64,000 nucleotides of DNA from Parcubacteria bacterium C7867-007 (GTDB taxonomy: Bacteria > Patescibacteriota > Minisyncoccia > Phycocordibacterales > Phycocordibacteraceae). A model generated the notes under the pieces. It saw only the letters and a list, made by a program, of their open reading frames with translations, made no database searches and had not been told where the DNA came from. The position numbers and the translations under genes are program-made. The DNA is taken from positions 68,997-132,996 of the forward strand of contig LFCQ01000002.1 of assembly GCA_001189195.1 (NCBI GenBank), in the 5' to 3' direction. This document shows positions 1 through 7,138 of the stretch, piece after piece. Each line of letters starts with the position of its first letter. The stretch's first letter is position 1.

Positions 1-921
1 ATTGAGACCTTGTGTTGCAACATCAGCACCATACTTATTCTCAAGATACTGCTCAATATAGAACACAAAGTGTGGCGCAAGAATTGAATTGTTCTGTTGG
101 CGACTAAATACAACAACTTCATTCTTTGCCTGTTCATACTGCTCTTCAGTGATGTATTTAAGCTCCTTCATTCGCTTCAGCACCTGATTCTTTCGAGCAT
201 CAAGATCTGCACGATTGTTTCCATACGGTGAGTAGTACGTAGGAAGTTGCGGTATGGCTGCGAGATATGCAGCTTCTGCAAGATCTACATCTTTTGCAGA
301 TTTTCCAAAGAATGTACGGCTAGCCACTTCTGCACCGTACATGGTTCCTCCGTACGGAGCTACGTTGAAATAGAATTCAAGAATCTCATCCTTGGTGTAC
401 CGTTGCTCAAACTTAATAGCAAGAATCCACTCCTGAACCTTTCGGGTTATAGACTTCTGTCCTGAAAGGATCGTATTTTTCACCACCTGCTGTGTAATGG
501 TTGAACCACCCTGTGCAAATGAAAGTTGAATGATGTCCTTATATATGGATCGTGCGATACCGGTGAATGAAATACCCCCGTGTCTATAGAATTCAGAATC
601 TTCAATAGAAATGGTTGCTTGCTGTAGGTAGGGAGAGATGTCTGCAAGGGGCACGACATTTCGCTTTACATCATGGTTTAGGTCATAGAGTACGGTCTTT
701 CCAGAACGATCGTACAGCTTCGTAGACTGTGCTACTTTTCGAGAATCAAAGGAGTTGAGTGCCGGGATGGGAGTAAGAGCAACCCAAAGGATACCGGTGC
801 CCATAATGAAGAGGGCAATACCGGCCATAATGAAGGATGCTTTCAGGAGAGGGTGGGGATCCTGAATTAATTCTCTGAGTGTTTTGGCACGTGAAGATGA
901 ACGCGAATGACGACGTGGCAT
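1..921 (-). CDS. Class A penicillin-binding protein, N-terminal transglycosylase part; the gene continues past the window start so the C-terminus is missing
   Basis: Minus-strand frame reads MPRRHSRSSSRAKTLREL, then a TM helix (FIMAGIALFIMGTGILWVAL), then glycosyltransferase-51-like motifs (IEDSEFYRHGGIS, RKVQEWILA, GGSTITQQ); start ATG is the complement of 919-921. Confidence 0.7.
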   Translation of the reverse strand, partial: MPRRHSRSSSRAKTLRELIQDPHPLLKASFIMAGIALFIMGTGILWVALTPIPALNSFDSRKVAQSTKLYDRSGKTVLYDLNHDVKRNVVPLADISPYLQQATISIEDSEFYRHGGISFTGIARSIYKDIIQLSFAQGGSTITQQVVKNTILSGQKSITRKVQEWILAIKFEQRYTKDEILEFYFNVAPYGGTMYGAEVASRTFFGKSAKDVDLAEAAYLAAIPQLPTYYSPYGNNRADLDARKNQVLKRMKELKYITEEQYEQAKNEVVVFSRQQNNSILAPHFVFYIEQYLENKYGADVATQGLN

Positions 922-998
922 GGCCTGATAGTATCACAAACAAGACCCTCTCTGGCATGCCAGAGAGGGTCTTGTTTCAAGATTCTTAAGATTACGTA

Positions 999-1169
999 CT
1001 ACTCAACAGGTAGGCCATCCTCATCCTCTTCGTGCATACCGTGCTTTCCGAGGTCTTCTTCGTCCTCATCCTCATCTTCACCAGGGATTACCGGAGCATC
1101 TTCCTCTTCTTCCCCCTCGATATCTGCAGCAACTGGTTCCATTTCTGGGTCCATAATTTCATCATCCAT
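999..1169 (-). CDS. Small acidic protein (56 aa, MDDEIMDPEMEPVAADIEGEEEEDAPV...), hypothetical
   Basis: Uninterrupted minus-strand reading frame, strongly D/E-rich; below the 60-aa cutoff of the ORF track; sits between the PBP and ruvC. Confidence 0.25.
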   Translation of the reverse strand: MDDEIMDPEMEPVAADIEGEEEEDAPVIPGEDEDEDEEDLGKHGMHEEDEDGLPVE

Positions 1170-1303
1170 ATTTTCTACATTTAAATTTGTTCATGTACCG
1201 GAATGCCGGTCAGCTCTTGTATAGTCGTAAACCTTGGCACTTTTTGCAAGAGTATCAGTGCGGGTGTGTGGATAGTGAAATCAGAAATCAATCGTCTCCC
1301 CCT

Positions 1304-1330
1304 TGCAGGTGTGCATAATGCACACCTGCA
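1304..1330. promoter_or_regulatory. Perfect 13-bp-arm palindrome TGCAGGTGTGCAT-A-ATGCACACCTGCA in the ruvC / acidic-ORF intergenic region; candidate operator or hairpin
   Basis: Read directly from the sequence; no T-tract follows, so it is not a classic intrinsic terminator. Confidence 0.3.
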
Positions 1331-1365
1331 TATGACGTATTGATGAAAAAGAAATAACCAGACTA

Positions 1366-1869
1366 TTATCTACGATCCGCTAAACCAGCTATTGCTAGTG
1401 CAATTGCATCTAACTCGTCGTCCAACCGTTTCTTTGGGGGAAGGGAAATAAGATGAGGAATCATACGTGCGATACCCACCTTATCTGAAGCACCGTATCC
1501 TGTAACCGCCAACTTCACTTGTTGAGGTGCATACTCTTGAACAGGAATCTGAGCAGCACCAGCAGCAGCAAGAATTGCACCACGTGCCTCCGCAACACCA
1601 ACGGCTGTTTTTTTGTTGGTACTAAAAAAGAGTGTTTCTAATGCAAGAATATCTGGCTGGTACTTTCGTATAACATCAGCTACTGCTTTATATACAACAG
1701 CTAAACGTAACTCCCTCAATCCTTTTGGAGGAACCACACAATCACTCCACACATGAACAGGTTTGCTGGCATCTCCTTCAAGTACAGCAATGCCTAAGCG
1801 GTCATATCCAGGATCAATAGCTAACACACGACGAAGACTATTCTTCGGTGCTTTCATATCCCCGTGCAT
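1366..1869 (-). CDS. ruvC: Holliday-junction resolvase RuvC
   Basis: RVLAIDPGYDRLGIAVL N-terminal RNase-H-like motif, catalytic acidic residues, C-terminal DDELDAIALAI; its end overlaps the start of yebC as in the usual yebC-ruvC arrangement. Confidence 0.9.
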   Translation of the reverse strand: MHGDMKAPKNSLRRVLAIDPGYDRLGIAVLEGDASKPVHVWSDCVVPPKGLRELRLAVVYKAVADVIRKYQPDILALETLFFSTNKKTAVGVAEARGAILAAAGAAQIPVQEYAPQQVKLAVTGYGASDKVGIARMIPHLISLPPKKRLDDELDAIALAIAGLADRR

Positions 1870-2395
1870 TCGTTACCACCTCCTGTACATCTTCGTGGTC
1901 GTCAAGCAATTGAAGAATCTGAGTGAACTTTGTTTCGTCCTCACCCGCAACATCCATTAGTGGTTCGTTTGGGGTATATCGACCGGTAGGGGATTTGGTG
2001 AACGCCCACAGCGCACTCCCCGGGGTACCGAGTTCGTAGCCATTCTTTGAAAGGAGATGTTTCACTTCCTGCGTGGTGCGGTTCTTGTTATCTGTAAGTG
2101 CGGAGACAATAAGGGCAGAGCCTCCTGGTCCATAGAATTCATATGAGACTGCATCCAACTCACCCGCATCCTTCGAGTTACCCTTAGCAACTGCACGCTC
2201 AATTGTGTCCTTTGGCATATTTGCTGCTTTGGCCCGATCGATAGCTGCAATAAGGCCTGGTGCAGAAAGATTCCCGTTAGCTTTCTTAGACTCAATGGTT
2301 ATAAACTTCCCAAGACGTGAGAAGGTTCGTGACTTCGCCGCATCGGCTGCACCCTTCTGGTGCTTAATTTGAGACCATTTACTGTGTCCTGACAT
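1838..2395 (-). CDS. yebC: YebC/PmpR-family probable transcriptional regulator
   Basis: MSGHSKWSQIKHQKGAADAAKS... is the hallmark N-terminus of the YebC family; lies upstream of ruvC. Confidence 0.85.
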   Translation of the reverse strand: MSGHSKWSQIKHQKGAADAAKSRTFSRLGKFITIESKKANGNLSAPGLIAAIDRAKAANMPKDTIERAVAKGNSKDAGELDAVSYEFYGPGGSALIVSALTDNKNRTTQEVKHLLSKNGYELGTPGSALWAFTKSPTGRYTPNEPLMDVAGEDETKFTQILQLLDDHEDVQEVVTNARGYESTEE

Positions 2396-2530
2396 GTAGT
2401 AACTATAGCAAAATAGGATGAACAGCCCAAAGTTCGATCCCTAGTCTCCCAGCACTCAACTTGTATAAAAGAAAGCCCTCGGCACTGGGATGAAACCAGA
2501 TACCGAGGGCACGCAGGACTAGATCCTGGT

Positions 2531-2665
2531 CTAGATTTTCGTCCCGCCGTCGCCGAGAGAGGAGGTGCCATCGTCACCGATGATGAGCGAACCTCCGTCG
2601 TGGATGCCGTCGCTGCCACCGTCTCCGATACCAGCCGAGCCTCCGTCGCCAATGCCCTGATTCAT
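2531..2665 (-). CDS. 44-aa Gly/Asp-rich peptide with five tandem 8-residue repeats (IGDGGSxx): MNQGIGDGGSAGIGDGGSDGIHDGGSLIIGDDGTSSLGDGGTKI
   Basis: Open frame with RBS AAAGGA 8 nt upstream; stem-loops downstream (2470-2525); local GC about 62%; the 117-aa ORF listed at 2299..2652 in the track is a different frame and looks spurious. Confidence 0.45.
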   Translation of the reverse strand: MNQGIGDGGSAGIGDGGSDGIHDGGSLIIGDDGTSSLGDGGTKI

Positions 2666-2725
2666 CGAGCTAGCGATCCTTTCTGCCACTCAAATGCGGC
2701 AGAATCAAAATAGCATGGAAATCCG

Positions 2726-2753
2726 GGTTCCAACATCGTCCCAGACTGCCAGC
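2726..2753 (+). repeat. Conserved 28-nt element, copy 1 (GGTTCCAACATCGTCCCAGACTGCCAGC)
   Basis: Exact match to the consensus; lies about 60 nt upstream of the peptide gene on the opposite strand. Confidence 0.8.
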
Positions 2754-2810
2754 AAATAAGAGAAGCCGTCCTCCAACGGTTCTCCGGTAGGAGATGGGGA
2801 CGGCTTGGTG

Positions 2811-3083
2811 CTAGCGTCGATGAATCTGAAGTCGGCGATTAGGCCATAGTAAGGCGCGATTACGTGTATCCATATCTGCAACCACGAATCGAAGGCTTGC
2901 TCCAGAAATGCGCCTGTTTATGCTAACGATCGTAAAACCCTGCGGGTAGTTGCCGTCTGCTGCATGCATATTCCGGACCTCTACCGGTTCGTTATGGTTT
3001 GCTCGCAGTGTAGTGATGACATCCGACCTGCCCTGCATCCGCTCGAGTTGCGACCACTCTTCGTCGGTGAGATGGTGAAGCAT
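2811..3083 (-). CDS. Hypothetical protein (90 aa)
   Basis: ORF with RBS GGGAGGA 7 nt before the ATG; hairpin (aagccgtcc...ggacggctt) immediately downstream at 2760-2800. Confidence 0.5.
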   Translation of the reverse strand: MLHHLTDEEWSQLERMQGRSDVITTLRANHNEPVEVRNMHAADGNYPQGFTIVSINRRISGASLRFVVADMDTRNRALLWPNRRLQIHRR

Positions 3084-3131
3084 GGTTCATCCTCCCGTTG
3101 ATCTGACAGCACCCTAACATAGCTGCAAAAA

Positions 3132-3159
3132 GGTTCCAACATCGTCCCAGACTGCCAGC
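3132..3159 (+). repeat. Conserved 28-nt element, copy 2
   Basis: Exact consensus. Confidence 0.8.
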
Positions 3160-3242
3160 AATAAAGCGAAAACCCTTCTCTTAATTATTGCCGTAGCAGT
3201 AATTAAGAGAAGGGTTTTGTGTGGGTTGTACGAATTCAATTT

Positions 3243-3503
3243 TTACTCTGATACTTGCAGTAGTTTTTGTGCGATTCGAACTGCAGTATCGTAACGAACG
3301 TATGCGCCGAGCAAGGTATCAACTAGTAGATTCGACGAATCACTCGTTACACCCTCTTCAATGTGCGCTGTGCATCTCTGAAGGGCTGAATCTAGGAAGT
3401 CTCGAGCAAAATGCGATTTCTCGTCTCGAGAGCCATCGCGCACATAGCGCGGCAGACTATCTATAACTTCTTCTAGAGCTTCATCGTAAAGAAGGGTAAT
3501 CAT
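3243..3503 (-). CDS. Hypothetical protein (86 aa, acidic and helical)
   Basis: ORF with RBS AGAAGGA; terminator-like hairpin downstream (3168-3215); TTGACA then a TATATAAAA box upstream. Confidence 0.5.
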   Translation of the reverse strand: MITLLYDEALEEVIDSLPRYVRDGSRDEKSHFARDFLDSALQRCTAHIEEGVTSDSSNLLVDTLLGAYVRYDTAVRIAQKLLQVSE

Positions 3504-3579
3504 CTATTAGTCCTTCTGGAAGTGAACGGGCTTACGCTTATATTTAAGCATTTTATATAAATTCTGTCAATAGTACCCT

Positions 3580-3607
3580 GGTTCCAGCATCGTCCCAGAC
3601 TGCCAGC
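3580..3607 (+). repeat. Conserved 28-nt element, copy 3 (one mismatch: CCAGC for CCAAC)
   Basis: 27/28 match to consensus; followed on the minus strand by TTGACAGAATTTATATAAAA. Confidence 0.8.
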
Positions 3608-3665
3608 TATATAAAACGAAATCGCCTAACAGGGTCAGGCGACTCCGGTAGGCGATGGTTTAATT

Positions 3666-4097
3666 CTATATTTTAGAAACAACGTGAACTCGCTTGAAGT
3701 TTTCGGCTGCTCGTTTCAGTTCAGGAGTAGGTGCTTTGCTGATCAAGATTCTGAGGCTTCGTGTGCCGATTGGACGACCGTCCAACCATCCATAGAGACT
3801 GGACCTGCTGAAGCCAAGCTGTCTGGCTGCCGTTCGGCCGTCATTGAAGTGGTGCATGTAGGCTTGGACCAGCTCCTTCAGTGCGACCTCGTAGTCAGTC
3901 GCACAGGTGAGGACTTGTGTACGTGGTTTCAGGCTGAGATCGATGCGGATGAGGAAGGCGTCTTTTTCGGACACATGCCTCGCAAACTCATCAATCCGCT
4001 GCTTGATTTCCTCAATCGAGCCCACGTCATCAGCGGTCAGTGACAGAGCCATACTCTTTGTGTCGTCAACAACTTGCAATGCCATTTGCGGCTCCAC
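3666..4097 (-). CDS. Small DNA-binding protein with a C-terminal Fis/NtrC-type helix-turn-helix (TAARQLGFSRSSLYGWL)
   Basis: The HTH signature is read directly from the translation; the overlapping plus-strand ORF at 3684..4043 has poor composition; terminator hairpin downstream at 3620-3660. Confidence 0.6.
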   Translation of the reverse strand: MEPQMALQVVDDTKSMALSLTADDVGSIEEIKQRIDEFARHVSEKDAFLIRIDLSLKPRTQVLTCATDYEVALKELVQAYMHHFNDGRTAARQLGFSRSSLYGWLDGRPIGTRSLRILISKAPTPELKRAAENFKRVHVVSKI

Positions 4098-4150
4098 AGA
4101 ATGAATCTTGTTTCTTTATGTACTATTTATATAGATTTGTCAAATACAAA

Positions 4151-4178
4151 GGTTCCAACATCGTCCCAGACTGCCAGC
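4151..4178 (+). repeat. Conserved 28-nt element, copy 4
   Basis: Exact consensus; followed on the minus strand by TTGACAAATCTATATAAAT. Confidence 0.8.
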
Positions 4179-4189
4179 ACTTTTTAGGT

Positions 4190-4495
4190 ACAAAAAAGAA
4201 AAGCCGCGACTGGGTGGGTCGTCGGCTTGTAGTTCTTCATGGCTGCTGTTTCAACCCGGCAGTGGTTCCTTGAAGGATTCGGCTTTATAACTCGCCGTAA
4301 GTATCTCTCCTGTGTCAGGCGTTACCCTAACTGCTCGGAATAGTGAGGTGATCTCTAAAGCGGAGACGTCGCCTTATGAGGCCTCAAAACCCCTAAGTTC
4401 TATGGAATTCCTTCCACAAGAGTGAGCCTGCAACCAGGCGCTCTCTACAAGGTTCGAACTAGCCGTAGCTCCCTGTATGAGAAAACCTTATCACG
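4190..4495 (-). ncRNA. Candidate roughly 300-nt non-coding RNA of unknown class
   Basis: Minus-strand TTGACA at 4513-4508 then a TATACA box, the same promoter module as at copies 3 and 4; strong intrinsic terminator on the minus strand (AAGCCGACGACCCACCCAGTCGCGGCTT + TTTCTTTTTT, plus-strand coordinates 4191-4231); no ORF longer than 18 codons in any minus frame; many internal palindromes (GUUCGAAC, GCCUGGUUGCAGGC, UGGAA-GGAA-UUCCA, GAGGCCUC, GACGUC). Confidence 0.45.
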
Positions 4496-4523
4496 GTGTG
4501 TATATTCTGTCAAGTGGCGGCCT

Positions 4524-4551
4524 GGTTCCAACATCGTCTCAGATTACCAGC
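4524..4551 (+). repeat. Conserved 28-nt element, copy 5 (GGTTCCAACATCGTCTCAGATTACCAGC, 4 mismatches)
   Basis: Sits between the leftward candidate-ncRNA promoter and the start of the next plus-strand gene. Confidence 0.7.
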
Positions 4552-4575
4552 CAGAAGTTACGCTATACTCACTCC

Positions 4576-4944
4576 ATGATGGAGCTCATTACTTCAATAC
4601 TTGTACTAATCGTATTGTTTTTAGGGATAATCGCAGGGCCCCTATTTCTCGGGGCTCTATTTGTAGATCAAGCTCTGCATAAAAAGCAGATACCAAGGGT
4701 ACACAAGTTAGGTGCCTTCCTCGTTGCTTTTGTGGTGATTACATCTGCAATTATTTTTGGAGTCTATGCGGTCCAAAAAACAGTACAACAATGTACGGAT
4801 CAGGGCAGTTACTTGGAGTTTAATGCTGACGGAGCTATACGCTATTCAAAGCGACTTAATCAGCTTCATTTACGCTGTCACACGAAAGACGGAACACTTT
4901 ATAAATTGAAACCTCTCATCGATCTTAAAGTTTATTCTGGATAA
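4576..4944 (+). CDS. Small two-TM membrane protein (122 aa)
   Basis: Hydrophobic helices LITSILVLIVLFLGIIAGPLFLGALFV and LGAFLVAFVVITSAIIFGVYAV; start chosen at the internal ATG 4576 after a TATACT box; the longer track ORF starting at 4477 runs through the repeat. Confidence 0.5.
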   Translation: MMELITSILVLIVLFLGIIAGPLFLGALFVDQALHKKQIPRVHKLGAFLVAFVVITSAIIFGVYAVQKTVQQCTDQGSYLEFNADGAIRYSKRLNQLHLRCHTKDGTLYKLKPLIDLKVYSG

Positions 4945-4950
4945 ATATCT

Positions 4951-4977
4951 AGTTCCGACATCGTCCCAGGCTGTCGG
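4951..4977 (+). repeat. Conserved element, copy 6 (AGTTCCGACATCGTCCCAGGCTGTCGG, degenerate)
   Basis: Core ACATCGTCCCAG is conserved; a TTGACA-N17-GATAGT promoter and the RBS TAGGAG follow before the gene at 5100. Confidence 0.6.
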
Positions 4978-5099
4978 TAAAGTAGGGTGCAAATACATTT
5001 TATGAAATTGACAAGACCAACTGAGAAGTAGATAGTTCACGCGGAGTACAGTACTGGTCCAGCGTTAAACGGACCGAGCAACAGCGTTAGGAGCTAGCT

Positions 5100-5711
5100 A
5101 TGTCAGACTTTCCAAGTGCTCTTGAGCTTTTCGAACAGTTCAGGCCTCGTTTCGAACGAATCGAGCTTCGACCGATTGGGTGGTTGAGTCAGGACTACAA
5201 ACAGGTGCAGCTTTACGGGCTGCTCAACTACCGAGCAGGCAAAGAGGTGAAGTGGCATGACCGCTACACTTGCTCATTTGTCGATATAAAGGAGTCTGGT
5301 TTGCAGGTCACATTCACCTACGACCCCTCTTCTGAAGCCGACATCTTGAGTCAGTTCAGCAAAGCAGTCGCTCACCAAGTCACTGCTATGCTCTCTGGCC
5401 GCATTTTCCGACTTGCGCCTGCAGAGCCTTTTGAATGCCTTGTCGACGAGCATGGTCGGGAAGTCTCTCGACGACTGAATGTGGAATTGATCGGAGATCC
5501 GCTCCCGGGTCTCAGTCTGTACAACAGTGGATACAACACCGGCGAGTCCGGTTACTGGGATAGTTTTGTTCCGCGCGGCACACCTGAGGCTGAGGCGATT
5601 CAAGCTGCACTTACCTACCACTACAAGCAGTCGCTTAAAGCACGAGACGTCGCGACTGAACAGCAGGAAGCCAAAGTCCGTCTCGAAAAAGCACTAGTTC
5701 AGATTGCGTAA
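5100..5711 (+). CDS. Hypothetical cytoplasmic protein (203 aa)
   Basis: ORF with RBS TAGGAGCTAGCT before the ATG; no family recognised. Confidence 0.55.
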   Translation: MSDFPSALELFEQFRPRFERIELRPIGWLSQDYKQVQLYGLLNYRAGKEVKWHDRYTCSFVDIKESGLQVTFTYDPSSEADILSQFSKAVAHQVTAMLSGRIFRLAPAEPFECLVDEHGREVSRRLNVELIGDPLPGLSLYNSGYNTGESGYWDSFVPRGTPEAEAIQAALTYHYKQSLKARDVATEQQEAKVRLEKALVQIA

Positions 5712-5770
5712 GATCGATGGATCAGCCCCGGTAGAAATACCGGGGTACCTCTTTTAGTAGGTGCTTAGAT

Positions 5771-5790
5771 TAGAACATCGTCCCAGACTA
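5771..5790 (+). repeat. Conserved element, copy 7 (TAGAACATCGTCCCAGACTA, partial core)
   Basis: 17-nt core conserved; its 3' end runs into TACAAT about 45 nt upstream of the gene at 5840. Confidence 0.55.
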
Positions 5791-5839
5791 CAATTTCTTT
5801 TAAACTCACGAACAAAGTGCTGAATGGTACACTTTCACT

Positions 5840-6064
5840 ATGAAAAAACGTACCCCACTTGCAACCATGCGTTATGTAGCAAAGAACCTCCTTATCGTAG
5901 TTGGACTTGTGTTGATATGGCGTGGTATTTGGTACGTGCTTGATGGTATCGATCTCATGATCTTCGATGGGTCACATTTCTGGACCGGTCTATTTGGGAT
6001 AATAGTTGGACTAGCCATTCTTTATCTTCCGGACAACGACCTAAAAGAGATTGAGAAGCTTTAA
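5840..6064 (+). CDS. Small two-TM membrane protein (74 aa)
   Basis: LLIVVGLVLIWRGIWYVL and GLFGIIVGLAILYL hydrophobic segments. Confidence 0.5.
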   Translation: MKKRTPLATMRYVAKNLLIVVGLVLIWRGIWYVLDGIDLMIFDGSHFWTGLFGIIVGLAILYLPDNDLKEIEKL

Positions 6065-6115
6065 TTAGCTCCTTAGAAGTAGCAGGGGAGCGGACAGATC
6101 ACCAATACCTGATTG

Positions 6116-7108
6116 TTATCCCTGCAAATAGTCTTTTCCTTTCTGCGTAAGGATACGGCCACGAGAAGATCGCTCGATAAACCCAAGTCGTAGGAGGTAT
6201 GGCTCATACAAGTTTTCAACCGTATCACCATCCTCGTGTAGGGCGCTTGCGAGAGCACGCACACCTGCAGGACCTCCTTTAAACGAATCACGTAGTGTTT
6301 CAAGATAGCGGCGGTCGTCCTTAGTGAGACCAAGAGTGTCGATACCAAACAGAGCACACGCCTTATCACACACTGCAGCAGTGAGGGGCAGATTATGTAC
6401 TTGTGCGTAATCACGTACACGCTTAAGTAGAGCATTTGCAACACGTGGAGTCGCACGACTACGTGCCGCGATCTTTTCTACAACAGCGTCATCAACTTCC
6501 ATTGCAAGAAGGGAAGCAGAGCGCGCAACAATTGCACGAAGGTCTGCATCAGAATAGAAATCGAGTTGATACACACCACCACCAAAGCGTGAGCGCAATG
6601 GTCCTGAAAGTTGCGCAACGCGTGTGGTTGCTCCAACGAGAGTGAAAGGAGGAAGTGATAACTCCACGGTACGAGCACTGGGACCCTTCCCAAGAATGAT
6701 ATCTAGAGACCCAGATTCAAGTGCTGGATAAAGAAGTTCTTCAATCTTGCTAGAGAGCTGATGAATTTCATCTATGAAAAGCACCGTACCTGGTTCAAGG
6801 TTTGTGAGAATGGAGGCAAGATCTCCGGCACGTTCAATTGCAACGCCAGAGGTTGTTTTAACCGGAGCTTCAAGAGATTTGCCAATAAGGTGTGCGAGTG
6901 TGGTCTTACCAACGCCAGGTGGACCGTAAAAGAGAATATGCTCTGGCATATCCCCGCGCATCTTTGCAGCCTCTAAAACGATGTGTACATTATCCTTCAC
7001 GTGCCCCTGACCCACATATTCATCCCATACGGAAGGGCGAAGAGCCGCATCCAATGCCTGATCGCGCAGCTTGATAGGGAGGTCGGTATCGTTAGGAGTA
7101 CTTGACAT
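6116..7108 (-). CDS. ruvB: Holliday-junction branch-migration helicase RuvB
   Basis: Walker A GPPGVGKTTLA, Walker B LFIDEIHQL, sensor residues and a winged-helix C-terminus; start set at MSSTPND. Confidence 0.92.
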   Translation of the reverse strand: MSSTPNDTDLPIKLRDQALDAALRPSVWDEYVGQGHVKDNVHIVLEAAKMRGDMPEHILFYGPPGVGKTTLAHLIGKSLEAPVKTTSGVAIERAGDLASILTNLEPGTVLFIDEIHQLSSKIEELLYPALESGSLDIILGKGPSARTVELSLPPFTLVGATTRVAQLSGPLRSRFGGGVYQLDFYSDADLRAIVARSASLLAMEVDDAVVEKIAARSRATPRVANALLKRVRDYAQVHNLPLTAAVCDKACALFGIDTLGLTKDDRRYLETLRDSFKGGPAGVRALASALHEDGDTVENLYEPYLLRLGFIERSSRGRILTQKGKDYLQG

Positions 7109-7138
7109 AAAAACAGTGTGTGCTAGCATTGTATCACA

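Noticed and set aside
907-1224. 105-aa plus-strand ORF rich in poly-Ser
   Set aside because: It is the antisense of the acidic 56-aa minus-strand ORF; the Ser run is the complement of its GAA/GAG-rich coding sequence, and it overlaps the PBP start.
2299-2652. 117-aa minus-strand ORF from the six-frame track overlapping the Gly/Asp peptide
   Set aside because: It is a different frame with low-complexity Ser/Thr/Ala/Pro composition and no RBS. The 44-aa repeat peptide frame has an RBS and coherent repeats.
3684-4043. 119-aa plus-strand ORF opposite the HTH protein gene
   Set aside because: The minus-strand frame contains a canonical Fis-type HTH and has promoter, RBS and terminator. The plus frame has Cys/Trp-rich odd composition.
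4190-4495. Candidate ncRNA as tmRNA, RNase P RNA or SRP RNA
   Set aside because: It has no tRNA-like 5'/3' ends or tag reading frame (tmRNA). It lacks the P4 strands GGAAAGUCCGG / ACAGAANCCGGCUUA (RNase P). It lacks the helix-8 GGAA tetraloop with AGCAGC asymmetric loop (SRP). It is left as unknown class.
2726-5790. Whether the repeated 28-mer could be a CRISPR array or an integron attC array
   Set aside because: It is not CRISPR because spacing is irregular (about 400-1000 bp), each interval holds a gene with its own RBS and terminator, and there is no leader or cas context. It does not fit classic attC because the element is not an imperfect inverted repeat with R''/L''...L'/R' symmetry and no inverted partner follows within 150 nt. 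A cassette-array origin in a looser sense is kept as one hypothesis in the findings.
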